From an uncultured Alloscardovia sp. (GTDB lineage Bacteria; Actinomycetota; Actinomycetes; Actinomycetales; Bifidobacteriaceae), in the NCBI GenBank assembly GCA_963545565.1, contig CAUUJV010000009.1:1593-65592 (forward strand): a stretch of DNA of 64,000 nt, in the 5' to 3' direction. Both the position numbers and the translations under genes were made by a program. Positions 21,598-31,976 of the stretch are shown here, one piece after another (position 1 is the stretch's first letter; the number at the start of each line of letters is the position of its first letter). A model generated the notes under the pieces. It ran no database searches, was not told the DNA's origin, and saw only the letters and a list, made by a program, of their open reading frames with translations.

Positions 21598-22299
21598 ATG
21601 AGCGTTCTCGACCGTTTTGAAAAAAGCGTCGAAGGTGCCGTTAACGGCGTTTTTGCCAGATTCGGCTCTAAAGATTTGAGCGCAGTCGATCTTTCAAGTG
21701 CACTCGAGCGCGAGATTGATTCGCAGACAATGCCCGTTGGTCGCGACCGCACTGTAGCGCCTAATGAGTATCGTTTTAAGCTCTCGACCCCAGACTTCGA
21801 TCATATTGAGCAATGGGGCTCTGAAACACTCGCCAACGAGCTAGCTGACAACCTCACTAAGTATGCAGAAAGTCAGCATTATGCATTTGTTGGGCCTGTT
21901 GTAGTGATCTTTGAAGAAGATTTAGACTTGACACGCGGCGATTTCAAACTCACCAGCGAGTCTGTGCAAGGAAATGCTGCACCCGCAACCAGTGCAAGCG
22001 AAACCACGGACTGCCCAGTACTTGAAATTAATGGTAGGCAATATTTGCTCACTGCAAATAAGACTGTGCTTGGCCGCGGTTCTAACTGCGATATTGTGAT
22101 TGATGACCCCGGTATTTCACGTCGCCATCTTGAGATTGACATTACCGAAAACGGCGTGATCGCACGAGATATGGGTTCCACTAACGGAACTTACGTAGAA
22201 GGTCATCAAGTGCCGGCAGCAACGTTGCTTGACGGTAATACCATCACAATTGGCCGCACTCGCCTCCTCTTCTGGGCATCAGCCGGAACACAAGACTAA
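21598..22299 (+). CDS. fhaA: FhaA: DUF3662 N-terminal domain plus a C-terminal FHA domain
   Basis: The N-terminal sequence MSVLDRFEKSVEGAVNGVFARF is typical of FhaA. The FHA core is GRGSNCDIVIDDPGISRRHLEI. It occupies the conserved position upstream of fhaB-pstP. Confidence 0.9.
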   Translation: MSVLDRFEKSVEGAVNGVFARFGSKDLSAVDLSSALEREIDSQTMPVGRDRTVAPNEYRFKLSTPDFDHIEQWGSETLANELADNLTKYAESQHYAFVGPVVVIFEEDLDLTRGDFKLTSESVQGNAAPATSASETTDCPVLEINGRQYLLTANKTVLGRGSNCDIVIDDPGISRRHLEIDITENGVIARDMGSTNGTYVEGHQVPAATLLDGNTITIGRTRLLFWASAGTQD

Positions 22300-22357
22300 T
22301 TACCGCTTTACGAACTAACTAAGTAACGCGGTAATTAATAGTATTAGAGCTAACATT

Positions 22358-22918
22358 ATGACTGATTTAACATTTGCCATTCTAAAATACGGATTCCTCA
22401 TTCTTTTGTGGTTATTCGTATGGTTAGTTGTGCGCTCGCTTTACCGCGATATTAGTGCTCTGGCTCCCAAATCAAGCGGTCGTAAAAGGCATAAGGGGCG
22501 CCATGGACGCGGCACGAGCGCGAGTGTAGGTGCACAAGCTGGCTTTGACTCTGCCAATGGCGTTTATACTGAAAATTCCACGCATGGTAGCAATAGCGCT
22601 CATAGCGCTCCAACCCCACGAAGTACTGCAACACTGCTAACTATTATCGATGGCCCGCTCTCTGGAACCACTCTTCCACTCGGAACGCAATCCATCACTT
22701 TAGGTAGAGCACCTGGAAACACTGTTGTGCTTGATGACGAATTTGTATCATCTCATCATGCGCGCGTGTATATGGATCCAATCAGTCGCACATGGGCTGT
22801 TGAAGACTTGGCTAGCACGAACGGAACTGTGCTTAACGGATCTCGTATTTCGGGTGCAAGTCCACTTCCAATTGGTGTTCCCGTGCGCATTGGGGCCACA
22901 ACATTCGAGTTGAGATAG
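22358..22918 (+). CDS. fhaB: FhaB (FipA-like): membrane-anchored FHA-domain protein
   Basis: N-terminal TM segment, FHA core LGRAPGNTVVLDDEFVSSHHARV, and conserved synteny. Confidence 0.88.
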   Translation: MTDLTFAILKYGFLILLWLFVWLVVRSLYRDISALAPKSSGRKRHKGRHGRGTSASVGAQAGFDSANGVYTENSTHGSNSAHSAPTPRSTATLLTIIDGPLSGTTLPLGTQSITLGRAPGNTVVLDDEFVSSHHARVYMDPISRTWAVEDLASTNGTVLNGSRISGASPLPIGVPVRIGATTFELR

Positions 22919-22931
22919 AAGGATCGGTTTT

Positions 22932-24533
22932 ATGGGAGATGAAAGCTCACTGATTCTTGTATCGACAACGGTTTCAGACATTGGCTACATGCGTCACGAC
23001 AATCAAGACTCCTCGTTTGCTGGAGAGCATCTTGTTGCTGTATGCGATGGCATGGGCGGTCACGCTGGAGGAGACACTGCTTCAACGATTGCTATACGAT
23101 CTTTGGCTCATCTCGAAAAAGGCAAAATTCCTGAGGAAGATCTCAACAGTGACGGTGTAGTTTCCATTGAGGAAGTGGCATCTACACTTGAGACTTCTGT
23201 AATTGCCGCACATGACGCAATTGTAGGTAAGGCCAAGCGCGAGCGCAGATTAGCTGGTATGGGAACCACCGTCACCGCTCTTACTCTTGTCGATAATTAC
23301 TGGATTCTGGCACACATTGGCGATTCTCGGGCGTATTTACTGCGTAATGGTCGTATTATTCGAATCACAAAAGACCACAGTCTTGTTCAGCATCTTGTTG
23401 ACACTGGCCATATCACTGAAGAAGAAGCGAAAAGCCATCCTCAACGCAACGTTGTGATGCGCGTATTGGGCGACTTTGACATCGATCCACGCCCTGATAT
23501 TGCTATTCGCAAAGCTCATGCTGGTGACCGTTGGATGCTCTGCTCTGATGGATTATGCGGCGTGCTTGAAGATGACACTATAGAGGAAGTTCTTTCTACA
23601 ACGCCTAGTCTTGAAGACTGCGCTCAAAAACTTGTTCTAATGGCATTAAAAGCGGGCAGCTCCGACAACGTAAGTGTTGCAATCGTTGATGCGCTCGATG
23701 CTTCCACTGCTTTAGCCACCTCAGTAAATGGTCGTTACCAGATACCGCTCGTCGGCGGCGCAGCAAGCAAACAATTACAGCCGATTGCAGATACCATCGG
23801 TGAAACTGTTACCCTTGCACCTGAGTTGGAAGATAATTCTGATTCCCCTGCAAGCCGTGCTGCAGCGCTGGCAAATCAAGGTTCTACTGGGAAGCTTCAG
23901 ATGGCTCGCCCATCCCATAAGGCATCTTCTAAGTCTGGAACCAATTCTGACTATGATGTGGCAATGCCAGATACTGGCGAAATTCCAGTTGTACATAAGC
24001 ACGATGGGTCTGTTATCAGCGATCCGCATGACCCTGAAGTTGCACACGCCATTATTGAAGACCGAAACAAGACTAATTCCAAAGCTCGCACGCGTAAGCG
24101 CGTAAAGCGAGTTGCAATCGTTGTTATTATTCTCGCTGTACTCGCTGCCCTCTCTGGCGGCGGATACGCGGCATGGAACTGGTCTCAATCCCAATACTAT
24201 GTAGGCGAATATAACGGCAAAGTAGCTATTTATCAAGGCGTTCCAACAAATATCTTTGGAGTGGCTCTCTCTCACGAGGTTAAAGAAACATCAATCAAAG
24301 TTTCTACTCTCCCCTCAGCATGGCGCCAGCAAATTAAGCAAGGCATCGCTGTATCTTCCTACAAGGCAGCAGTGCAGCATACCAAGGTTATTAAGAAGCA
24401 AGTAGAGCAGTTGAAAGCAAGCAAAAAGAAAGCGTCACAGAAAAAATCAGATAGTTCAAGTTCTTCAGATACCTCTTCTCAGGAATCTCAAAGCTCTCAA
24501 GAGTCCCAAAACTCCCAGGATTCTCAGGAGTAA
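22932..24533 (+). CDS. pstP: PP2C-family Ser/Thr phosphatase PstP with a TM segment and an extracellular tail
   Basis: VCDGMGGHAGGD and CSDGL PP2C motifs, a TM segment near residue 400 and an S/Q-rich C-terminus. Confidence 0.92.
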   Translation: MGDESSLILVSTTVSDIGYMRHDNQDSSFAGEHLVAVCDGMGGHAGGDTASTIAIRSLAHLEKGKIPEEDLNSDGVVSIEEVASTLETSVIAAHDAIVGKAKRERRLAGMGTTVTALTLVDNYWILAHIGDSRAYLLRNGRIIRITKDHSLVQHLVDTGHITEEEAKSHPQRNVVMRVLGDFDIDPRPDIAIRKAHAGDRWMLCSDGLCGVLEDDTIEEVLSTTPSLEDCAQKLVLMALKAGSSDNVSVAIVDALDASTALATSVNGRYQIPLVGGAASKQLQPIADTIGETVTLAPELEDNSDSPASRAAALANQGSTGKLQMARPSHKASSKSGTNSDYDVAMPDTGEIPVVHKHDGSVISDPHDPEVAHAIIEDRNKTNSKARTRKRVKRVAIVVIILAVLAALSGGGYAAWNWSQSQYYVGEYNGKVAIYQGVPTNIFGVALSHEVKETSIKVSTLPSAWRQQIKQGIAVSSYKAAVQHTKVIKKQVEQLKASKKKASQKKSDSSSSSDTSSQESQSSQESQNSQDSQE

Positions 24534-24538
24534 AGCTA

Positions 24539-26179
24539 ATGATTAAAAAACGCCTGAGAGAAACAGCGCTATTACTTATTACGCTAGCCATAGCGTGCGT
24601 GGGACTATTCCAGATGTTCATGCGCGTTGCCAACGAAATTCCGAATAAGTATGTGCTCCCCTTCTGCGTGCTAGTGGCGCTTATTTGCATATTCTGGGCC
24701 TTATTGACTGCTTTCCAAGTATATGCTTCGCAGATTATTTTCTTATGCGTGGTTTTGCTTTCGCTTATTGGAATTACTGAAATAATTCGAATTGACTATG
24801 AGAATGTAACGCTCGGACGTTCTGCAACTTCCGCAGGAATGAATCAGATTATCTGGATGTGCATTGGATTGGCACTGTGTGCCTTCCTTATTGTGTTTCT
24901 CAAAGACTACCGTGTGCTGCGCCGATTCTCTTATCTAAGCATGTTTTTTGGTCTTTTGCTCATGTTCTCACCTTTGATCCCAGGGCTTGGCAAAACCATC
25001 GGTGGTGCCCGAATTTGGATTGGAATTGGTTCCCACACCATTCAGCCTGCAGAATTCGCAAAGCTTTTCTTAGCCTTTTTCTTTGCGGCATATCTTTTTG
25101 ACCACCGTGATCAGTTGGCTGTAGGAGGCAAGAAGATCGGCGCCTTGCATTTACCTCGTCTGCGAGATTTTGGACCGATTATCGTGGTGTGGTTTGCGTG
25201 CATTGGCCTGCTCGTTATGCAAAGGGATTTGGGAACATCTCTTATGTTCTTCGCCATGTTTGTGTGTATGCTCTACGTTTCCACAGGGCGCACAAGCTGG
25301 ATTGCTATTGGTTTCGTGTTCATCGCGATTAGTGCTTTTGCCGCTGCGCATCTGTTCTCCCATGTGCAAAATCGTGTTACTGCATGGCTGCACCCGTTCA
25401 GTCAAAGCGTGTATAACGCAGTTGGTGGCTCCGAGCAACTTGTTACCGGCATTTTCGGCCTATCTACCGGAGGCATGATTGGCACTGGCTTGGGAAATGG
25501 ATACCCTGCACTGACTCCTCTGGCAAACTCAGACTTTATCTATTCTTCACTTGGTGAAGAGCTTGGTCTTACCGGTCTCTTTGCGATTATGGCTATTTAT
25601 CTCGTAATTATCGGTGCTGGAATCATAGTGGCTATACGCATTAAAGACGGCTTTGGAAAGCTGCTTGCTTCAGGCCTCGTATTCACCATGGCATTCCAAG
25701 TTTTCACTGTAGTTGGCGGAATTACGCTTGTTATTCCTTTGACTGGTTTAACGCTTCCATATATGGCAGCGGGCGGATCTAGCCTCATTGCAAATACAAT
25801 ACTTGCAACCTTGCTACTTATTATCTCGAATCAAGCCAACAAGCCGGAAGAAGATATTTCTACTGACGCATTCAACGCGGAAGCGCTTAAAGTAATCCGC
25901 AATGCACAAGCTCTTAAGCAAGCTCAACTTGAACAGGAAGAACAGCAGGCGCGAGCACATTTGGGATCTACGCACACGGCAGCAGCAACGCCCGAAGCAG
26001 AAGAAACAATGGCAATAGTTCACAACGCGGCATCTGTCGAAGCTCCAGTTGCCGCCACAGATACCACAGAATTTATCGCTCGTGCGGACACAACTGAATC
26101 GCCTACAGTAGAAGTAAACATCGATAATGCACGCAACGAAGACCAGAAGCAACCGGAGCAAGGAGAACGCGATGAATAA
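24539..26179 (+). CDS. rodA: FtsW/RodA/SpoVE-family (SEDS) peptidoglycan polymerase with a C-terminal extension
   Basis: Polytopic SEDS protein in the conserved pstP-rodA-pbpA position. The last ~100 aa are hydrophilic and E/Q/A-rich. Confidence 0.9.
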   Translation: MIKKRLRETALLLITLAIACVGLFQMFMRVANEIPNKYVLPFCVLVALICIFWALLTAFQVYASQIIFLCVVLLSLIGITEIIRIDYENVTLGRSATSAGMNQIIWMCIGLALCAFLIVFLKDYRVLRRFSYLSMFFGLLLMFSPLIPGLGKTIGGARIWIGIGSHTIQPAEFAKLFLAFFFAAYLFDHRDQLAVGGKKIGALHLPRLRDFGPIIVVWFACIGLLVMQRDLGTSLMFFAMFVCMLYVSTGRTSWIAIGFVFIAISAFAAAHLFSHVQNRVTAWLHPFSQSVYNAVGGSEQLVTGIFGLSTGGMIGTGLGNGYPALTPLANSDFIYSSLGEELGLTGLFAIMAIYLVIIGAGIIVAIRIKDGFGKLLASGLVFTMAFQVFTVVGGITLVIPLTGLTLPYMAAGGSSLIANTILATLLLIISNQANKPEEDISTDAFNAEALKVIRNAQALKQAQLEQEEQQARAHLGSTHTAAATPEAEETMAIVHNAASVEAPVAATDTTEFIARADTTESPTVEVNIDNARNEDQKQPEQGERDE

Positions 26180-27647
26180 GTCATTACGACGTATTTTTAA
26201 CGTGGTTATTATCCTCTTCGTACTTCTGGGGATTTCTAGCACAATTTTGATGGTATTCGCTGCCGATAGTCTTAACTCTGATACGCGAAACCGTCGAACT
26301 CTTTACAGCCAGTACGCTATTCCTCGTAGTTCGATTCTAGCCGCTGACGGCACTGTGCTAGCAAGCTCAACGGCAGTTAATGACACTTTCAAATATCTAC
26401 GTTCGTATAGCAACGGCCCAGTCTATGCACCTGTAACTGGATACTATTCTGTAACGATTGCGGCAGACCGTGGCATTGAGGCATCGCGTAATGCACTGCT
26501 CAGCGGCACGAGCAGCAGTTTATGGCTCAGTAGACTCAAGACGCTCTTTACTGGGAGTGAAAACTCCGGTGCAATCATTGAAACTTCTATTGACACTGCT
26601 CTTCAAACTAAGGCGTACGAGCTGATGCAGAATTATAAAGGCGCAGTTGTGGCCATTGAGCCAAGCACAGGCCGGATTCTGGCAATGGTAAGCACTCCAA
26701 GCTACGATCCTAATGTTCTCGCCAGCCATGACACCTCTAGCGTGGCATCCAATTACACGTCTCTCATTCAAGACACTGATAATAATTCTTTGCTAAATCG
26801 CGCAACGAGCGAATTGTATTCACCTGGGTCCACGTTCAAACTCGTAGTGGCTGCAGCTGCCCTCGAAAGCGGCAATTACGATACTGATACTGAGATCCCA
26901 GCAGGTTCTAGCTACACACTTCCCAACACGTCAACAAACCTAACAAACACCACTACAGCTGCGGCAGGAACAAACGGCACGATTACATTAAGCGATGCAC
27001 TGGCATATTCGTCTAACACTGCATTTGCTCAGCTCGGCGTAACTCTTGGCCAAAGTACTATCGAAAGTCAAGCGGAGAAGCTTGGTTTTGGCACTACTAT
27101 TAACATCGATGGAAACTCTTCTATGGGCCGCCCAATGAAAGCTGTAGCATCGTCATTCCCGTCAACAACGTCTGTCGATAAGCTGGCGCTTGCTTCCATT
27201 GGCCAAGATGATACAGTGGAGACTCCATTACTAAATGCAATGATTGCTGCAACCATTGCAAATGGTGGAAAAATGATGAAGCCAACACTCGTAGATAGAG
27301 TGCGCGCAAGTGATTTAAGTGTTATTTCAACTCGGTCTAATACCACACTTTCACAGGCATTCTCCTCAGACACCGCAAGCAAACTAACCTCTATGATGGA
27401 GTCTGTAATTACAAAAGAATATCCATCTTTGCAGCTTACAAATTCAACCGTTGCCGCAAAAACTGGTACTGCTCAAACGGGCACATCAAACCAAACAAAT
27501 AATGCGTGGATTACTGGTTTTGCGCCAAGTAACGATCCAAAGATTGCTATTGCAGTAGTAATTAGCGGCTCAACTGAACATGGCGGAGATGTAGCTGGGC
27601 CAATCATGAAAGAACTGATGCAGGAGTATCTCGATGAAACTGATTGA
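26172..27647 (+). CDS. pbpA: Class B penicillin-binding protein (transpeptidase) PbpA
   Basis: STFK, SSN and KTGT motifs. The start MNKSLRR overlaps the rodA stop by 8 nt. The tracked ORF begins at 26127. Confidence 0.92.
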   Translation: MNKSLRRIFNVVIILFVLLGISSTILMVFAADSLNSDTRNRRTLYSQYAIPRSSILAADGTVLASSTAVNDTFKYLRSYSNGPVYAPVTGYYSVTIAADRGIEASRNALLSGTSSSLWLSRLKTLFTGSENSGAIIETSIDTALQTKAYELMQNYKGAVVAIEPSTGRILAMVSTPSYDPNVLASHDTSSVASNYTSLIQDTDNNSLLNRATSELYSPGSTFKLVVAAAALESGNYDTDTEIPAGSSYTLPNTSTNLTNTTTAAAGTNGTITLSDALAYSSNTAFAQLGVTLGQSTIESQAEKLGFGTTINIDGNSSMGRPMKAVASSFPSTTSVDKLALASIGQDDTVETPLLNAMIAATIANGGKMMKPTLVDRVRASDLSVISTRSNTTLSQAFSSDTASKLTSMMESVITKEYPSLQLTNSTVAAKTGTAQTGTSNQTNNAWITGFAPSNDPKIAIAVVISGSTEHGGDVAGPIMKELMQEYLDETD

Positions 27648-28671
27648 GGGACAACTCATACATCACCGCTATCGCCTTGATCGACGCCTTGCTCAAGGCG
27701 GTATGGGTGAAGTGTGGAAAGGCCATGATTTAGAGCTTAACCGCACCGTGGCCATCAAGGCTTTACGCAGCGATCTTACTCAAGAAGAGAGTAAGCTACG
27801 CCGTTTGCGTGCGGAAGCCCATAATTCTGCTAACCTTGCACACCCAAATATTGCTGCACTGTTTGAATACTACGAGCATGATGGTATCGGCTTTCTCATC
27901 ATGGAGTATGTGCCTAGCCCATCTCTGGCAGAAATCTATAAGGCTCAAGGCGCTCTAAGTGCTACTCAGCTGCTTCCTATTCTTATTCAGACTGCCCGCG
28001 GATTATACGTTGCACACTCACATGGGGTAATTCACCGTGATGTAAAGCCAGCAAACATTATGGTTTCCAATACTGGCGAAGTAAAAATCACCGATTTTGG
28101 AGTCTCCTATTCCAATGATCAAGGCCAGATAACGCAAGACGGCATGGTTGTGGGAACAGCGCAGTATATTTCCCCTGAACAGGCACAGGGAGAGCAAGCT
28201 ACTCCGCAGTCTGATATCTATTCTCTGGGCGTTGTGGCTTACGAAGGTTTGTGTGGTCACCGCCCGTTTACGGGTAAAACAGCCGTTGATATTGCTGCAG
28301 CACATGTAAATGAAACTGTTCCACCTTTGCCAGACACTATCGATTGGCAACTGCGTGAATTCGTGATGACGATGCTAGCTAAAGATCCCCAAGATAGGCC
28401 AGCTAACGCCCTCATTATTTCCCGTACTCTAGCAAAGATTGAGCGCAGGCTACTCGACCAAGAGGCATCGATGGATGCTTCAGATACTGGCCCACTCACG
28501 CGAGCCCAACGTAGGGTTGCGAAGAGTAAACCGCATATTCCAACGTATCTTTTCCAAGGTGGCTTACACAGCTCACGAGATTCAAGAGGATCGCAGAACG
28601 TGCATAACCAATATTCATCAATACATGAAGACAACTACTACTCCAATGTCAAGAAGGAAGGTGCGCGATGA
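27634..28671 (+). CDS. pknA: Ser/Thr protein kinase (PknA-like); no obvious TM segment
   Basis: Hanks kinase motifs AIK, HRDVKPANIM, DFG and SPEQ. It occupies the position of pknA. Confidence 0.9.
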   Translation: MKLIEGQLIHHRYRLDRRLAQGGMGEVWKGHDLELNRTVAIKALRSDLTQEESKLRRLRAEAHNSANLAHPNIAALFEYYEHDGIGFLIMEYVPSPSLAEIYKAQGALSATQLLPILIQTARGLYVAHSHGVIHRDVKPANIMVSNTGEVKITDFGVSYSNDQGQITQDGMVVGTAQYISPEQAQGEQATPQSDIYSLGVVAYEGLCGHRPFTGKTAVDIAAAHVNETVPPLPDTIDWQLREFVMTMLAKDPQDRPANALIISRTLAKIERRLLDQEASMDASDTGPLTRAQRRVAKSKPHIPTYLFQGGLHSSRDSRGSQNVHNQYSSIHEDNYYSNVKKEGAR

Positions 28672-30707
28672 GCATGTTCGTACCGAAATCACTTGCAGGC
28701 GGACGCTATATTGTTGGCGACCTCATCGGTCATGGCGGCATGGCTGAGGTACATATCGGAACAGACACCCGCCTAGGGCGTACCGTGGCTATTAAGATTA
28801 TGCGCTCTGATTTAGCAGCAGACGCAATCTTCTTGACGCGTTTTCGCCGTGAAGCACACTCTGTTGCACAGTTAAATAACACAAATATCGTTTCTATCTA
28901 CGATTCGGGTGAAGAACTGCTCACTGATGACAATGGCTCAAAGGTGAATGTGCCTTACATCGTGATGGAATACATCAGAGGTCAGACTCTGCGCGATATT
29001 CTCAAAATCAATGGTGCACTGAGTCAAAAAGATGCAGAGCAAATCATGCTCGGAATGCTTTCTGCACTTGAATACTCGCACCGCATGGGCATTATTCACC
29101 GCGATATCAAGCCTGGCAACATTATGATTAGTGAGCAGGGCGACGTGAAGGTGATGGATTTTGGCATTGCTCGTGCTCTAGATGATTCTTCTGCAACAAT
29201 GACGCAAAATCAAGGCGTTGTTGGCACAGCTCAGTATTTAAGCCCCGAGCAGGCACGTGGCGAGACTGTAGATATTCGCTCCGATTTGTATTCCGCTGGC
29301 TGTGTACTCTATGAAATGCTCACAGGGAAGCCACCATTCACAGGCGATTCCGCAGTGGCGATTGCATATCAGCATGTTTCTGAAGTAGCAACACCTCCAA
29401 GTACTGTTATGCCTAGTTTGCCTGCTCTGTGGGATTCTATCTGTGCCAAAGCTATGGCTAAAGATCGTACAAACCGCTACTCCACAGCAGCTGAATTCCG
29501 TGCCGATATTACAGCAGCTGCAACAGGTGGCACTCTTGTAGCTTCAGCATTTAATCCTCTCACTGATCTTTCAGGCATTCAGGCACGGCGCGAAGAAGAA
29601 GCAACAACAGCTCTGCCTACCTCTCAGCTTGCTAACACTGCAGCATTTAATCCAATTCAAGATTCCTCATCACCCTCACCAACGCGTGCTCAACAGCGTG
29701 CAGCTGAGGCAAAAAAGAAAAAGAAGAAGCGTCGCATTATTATTGCCTGCATTATTGGTGCTCTTGCACTTATCGCACTCATTATTGGTCTCGTAGTTTA
29801 CAACAACAGTCAAAAAGAGACCGTAGTCGTTCCAACAATTAGCACCTCCATGAGTGCAGCTCGCGCACAAGAAAAAATAGAGGCTGCCGGACTCACATTT
29901 GTGAAGAAGACGGATAATAACTCCACTCAGCCCAAGGGCACATTTACAAAGCAAAGCCCAGCTGGCGGCAAAACTGTTGCTAAGGGTTCAAAGGTTTATG
30001 TGTGGTTCTCTTCTGGGCCGAAAACAGGAACAATACCCGACGTATCTGGAATGTCTCAAACAGCCGCGAAAGCCGCACTTAAAGCATCTGGTTTTACAGT
30101 GGCTGGCACGAGTGTAGAAGACTCTGACAGCATTGATAAAAACAATGTTATCCGTACTGATCCGGCAGCAGGAACCGCTGCCGAAAAAGGCACTAGCGTA
30201 ACATTGTATATCGCTTCGGGCACAACGACTGTTCCAACAGGACTTGTAGGCCAAAGCAAAGATAGTGTTCTCGCCACGCTCCAAGCCAAAGGCTTCTCTA
30301 CAACAGTCGAGACCCAGTATTCCTCAACAGTTGCAGAAGGCAACGTGATTAGCGTAAGCCCAAGCGAAGGAGCCAGCATTACTAAGGGTGGCACTATCAC
30401 CGTGTATGTTTCTCAGGGCGTAGAAACGGTAAGCCTGCCCTCCGGCGTTATAGGATCTTCCTACTCAGCCGCAGCCCAGATTCTTCAAAATTCTGGTTTC
30501 ACGGTAAAAACAACAGGTTCTACTGACAGCTCTGCAACTGTTTCAGAAATGCAATATAACGGAGCTTCTGTTTCCTCAGGAACCTCAGTTCCGAAGGGTT
30601 CTACAATTACTTTGGTGGTGACAAGCTCATCAAGCAGCTCAAGCAGTTCAAGTTCCCCATCAAGTTCTTCAGGCTCCTCGGGCTCGTCAAGCTCATCAGG
30701 GAACTAG
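28668..30707 (+). CDS. pknB: Ser/Thr protein kinase PknB with a TM segment, four PASTA repeats and a poly-Ser tail
   Basis: HRDIKPGNIM, DFGIA and SPEQARG kinase motifs. A KKKKKKRR stop-transfer signal plus a TM segment follows, then four ~65-aa PASTA-like repeats. The C-terminus is SSSSSSSSSSSPSSSSGSSGSSSSSGN. Confidence 0.95.
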   Translation: MSMFVPKSLAGGRYIVGDLIGHGGMAEVHIGTDTRLGRTVAIKIMRSDLAADAIFLTRFRREAHSVAQLNNTNIVSIYDSGEELLTDDNGSKVNVPYIVMEYIRGQTLRDILKINGALSQKDAEQIMLGMLSALEYSHRMGIIHRDIKPGNIMISEQGDVKVMDFGIARALDDSSATMTQNQGVVGTAQYLSPEQARGETVDIRSDLYSAGCVLYEMLTGKPPFTGDSAVAIAYQHVSEVATPPSTVMPSLPALWDSICAKAMAKDRTNRYSTAAEFRADITAAATGGTLVASAFNPLTDLSGIQARREEEATTALPTSQLANTAAFNPIQDSSSPSPTRAQQRAAEAKKKKKKRRIIIACIIGALALIALIIGLVVYNNSQKETVVVPTISTSMSAARAQEKIEAAGLTFVKKTDNNSTQPKGTFTKQSPAGGKTVAKGSKVYVWFSSGPKTGTIPDVSGMSQTAAKAALKASGFTVAGTSVEDSDSIDKNNVIRTDPAAGTAAEKGTSVTLYIASGTTTVPTGLVGQSKDSVLATLQAKGFSTTVETQYSSTVAEGNVISVSPSEGASITKGGTITVYVSQGVETVSLPSGVIGSSYSAAAQILQNSGFTVKTTGSTDSSATVSEMQYNGASVSSGTSVPKGSTITLVVTSSSSSSSSSSSPSSSSGSSGSSSSSGN

Positions 30708-30736
30708 TAATCTAGTAATAAGGTTTTTTGAATTTT

Positions 30737-30764
30737 GAGGGACTCAGAGGAATCTGGGTCCCTC
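30737..30764. terminator. Bidirectional hairpin between convergent pknB and the sortase gene
   Basis: GAGGGAC-14 nt-GTCCCTC flanked by T/A-rich sequence. Confidence 0.55.
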
Positions 30765-30789
30765 AACTTATACTCAACCTATTCTGCAA

Positions 30790-31884
30790 TTACTCTACCG
30801 ATACATAATTTGAGGAAACTCGCAGATACGGAATATTCGTTGCAGCCCACGGATACACCCACTGGAAAAGCACCGCAACTGCAGCAATGAACAAAATAGC
30901 AAGTAGAAGCGCACGAACAACACGAATTCCCGGTTGAAGCCGTGCGATCCACCCGTAAATGCTAAAGCTCATAGACTTTCCTTCAGCCAGTTTTTTCTTG
31001 TGCACGCGCATAGCAGGATACTTCCACGCCACAGCGGCTGCAAGATACACAATTGCATAAGCAATTAAAGCAATAAGCAAAATAGTTGTTAATGGCGGAA
31101 TCTTACTCACAATATCTTGCGAATCTTCTTGAGTGAAAGAAACAGAGCCCGAACTACTCTTTGTAGCCAGCTGACTAGGAATTCCCTCACTAACTTTCGA
31201 CCATGAAACAAGTTTCCCATAGCTTATCCAACGTTTTGTAGCCGTAGTATATCGCGGATGACATGTGGTCATAGTAATAATACGTTCTGTAGCCGTTCCG
31301 CCAGAATTTGGTACCGGATTAAGAACACTCGTATGGCTAGGGTCTACTAATTCATAACTTGTGTATTGATAGACATACCAGTAATTATTCGTACGCACTA
31401 TGATGTAATCGCCCTTTTGCAAGGTGTCAACATGTGCGAGCGGCTCGCCATAGCCGGAACGATGGCCAGCAATAGCGAAATTACCCACTTCACCAATTTT
31501 TTGAGTCTGCTCATAATGTCCCATACCATGCCGAGCGAGCTGAGTAGAGTCAGTTCCTTCCACGATTGTGCGAGACCAGTTCGAACCAAACCGAGGAATG
31601 TAAATCTTCCCAATCGTTTCTGCATAAGAATAATTGCCGTCTTCTACCGGCGTCGTATCTACTGAATACGCTTGCGCAATCTTGTAGCTTCCTGAAGTCT
31701 TAGACGGGTTCGTCCATGATTGCACGGTTGTGTCTGAAGACTGAGTTTGATCAGCCTCTACGCCCGTCCACCACAATTGCCACACGATGTAAAGCGCAAG
31801 AATCACTCCGCATGTAATGAGCACCTCGGCTATAACTGCGATTACAGAACTCACAGTTGTGCTCTTTTTCTGATCTTTTCTCAT
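30790..31884 (-). CDS. Class E sortase with additional C-terminal TM segments
   Basis: N-terminal TM anchor and sortase catalytic signature ITMTTCHP with a downstream R. The C-terminal ~110 aa are hydrophobic. Confidence 0.85.
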   Translation of the reverse strand: MRKDQKKSTTVSSVIAVIAEVLITCGVILALYIVWQLWWTGVEADQTQSSDTTVQSWTNPSKTSGSYKIAQAYSVDTTPVEDGNYSYAETIGKIYIPRFGSNWSRTIVEGTDSTQLARHGMGHYEQTQKIGEVGNFAIAGHRSGYGEPLAHVDTLQKGDYIIVRTNNYWYVYQYTSYELVDPSHTSVLNPVPNSGGTATERIITMTTCHPRYTTATKRWISYGKLVSWSKVSEGIPSQLATKSSSGSVSFTQEDSQDIVSKIPPLTTILLIALIAYAIVYLAAAVAWKYPAMRVHKKKLAEGKSMSFSIYGWIARLQPGIRVVRALLLAILFIAAVAVLFQWVYPWAATNIPYLRVSSNYVSVE

Positions 31885-31976
31885 AAAATGCTCTACTTAC
31901 CGTCTTCTCTTTTTGCTGCTTTTGCTGTTTTGCTGTTCTTACTAATCTCGCAGTTTAATTTTCGTGTTACTTTGTT

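Noticed and set aside
22336-22350. The 15-mer TAGTATTAGAGCTAA is shared between the fhaB upstream region and the dps upstream repeat (47140-47154).
   Set aside because: Roughly one or two identical 15-mer pairs are expected by chance in a 64-kb window, and no flanking similarity exists.
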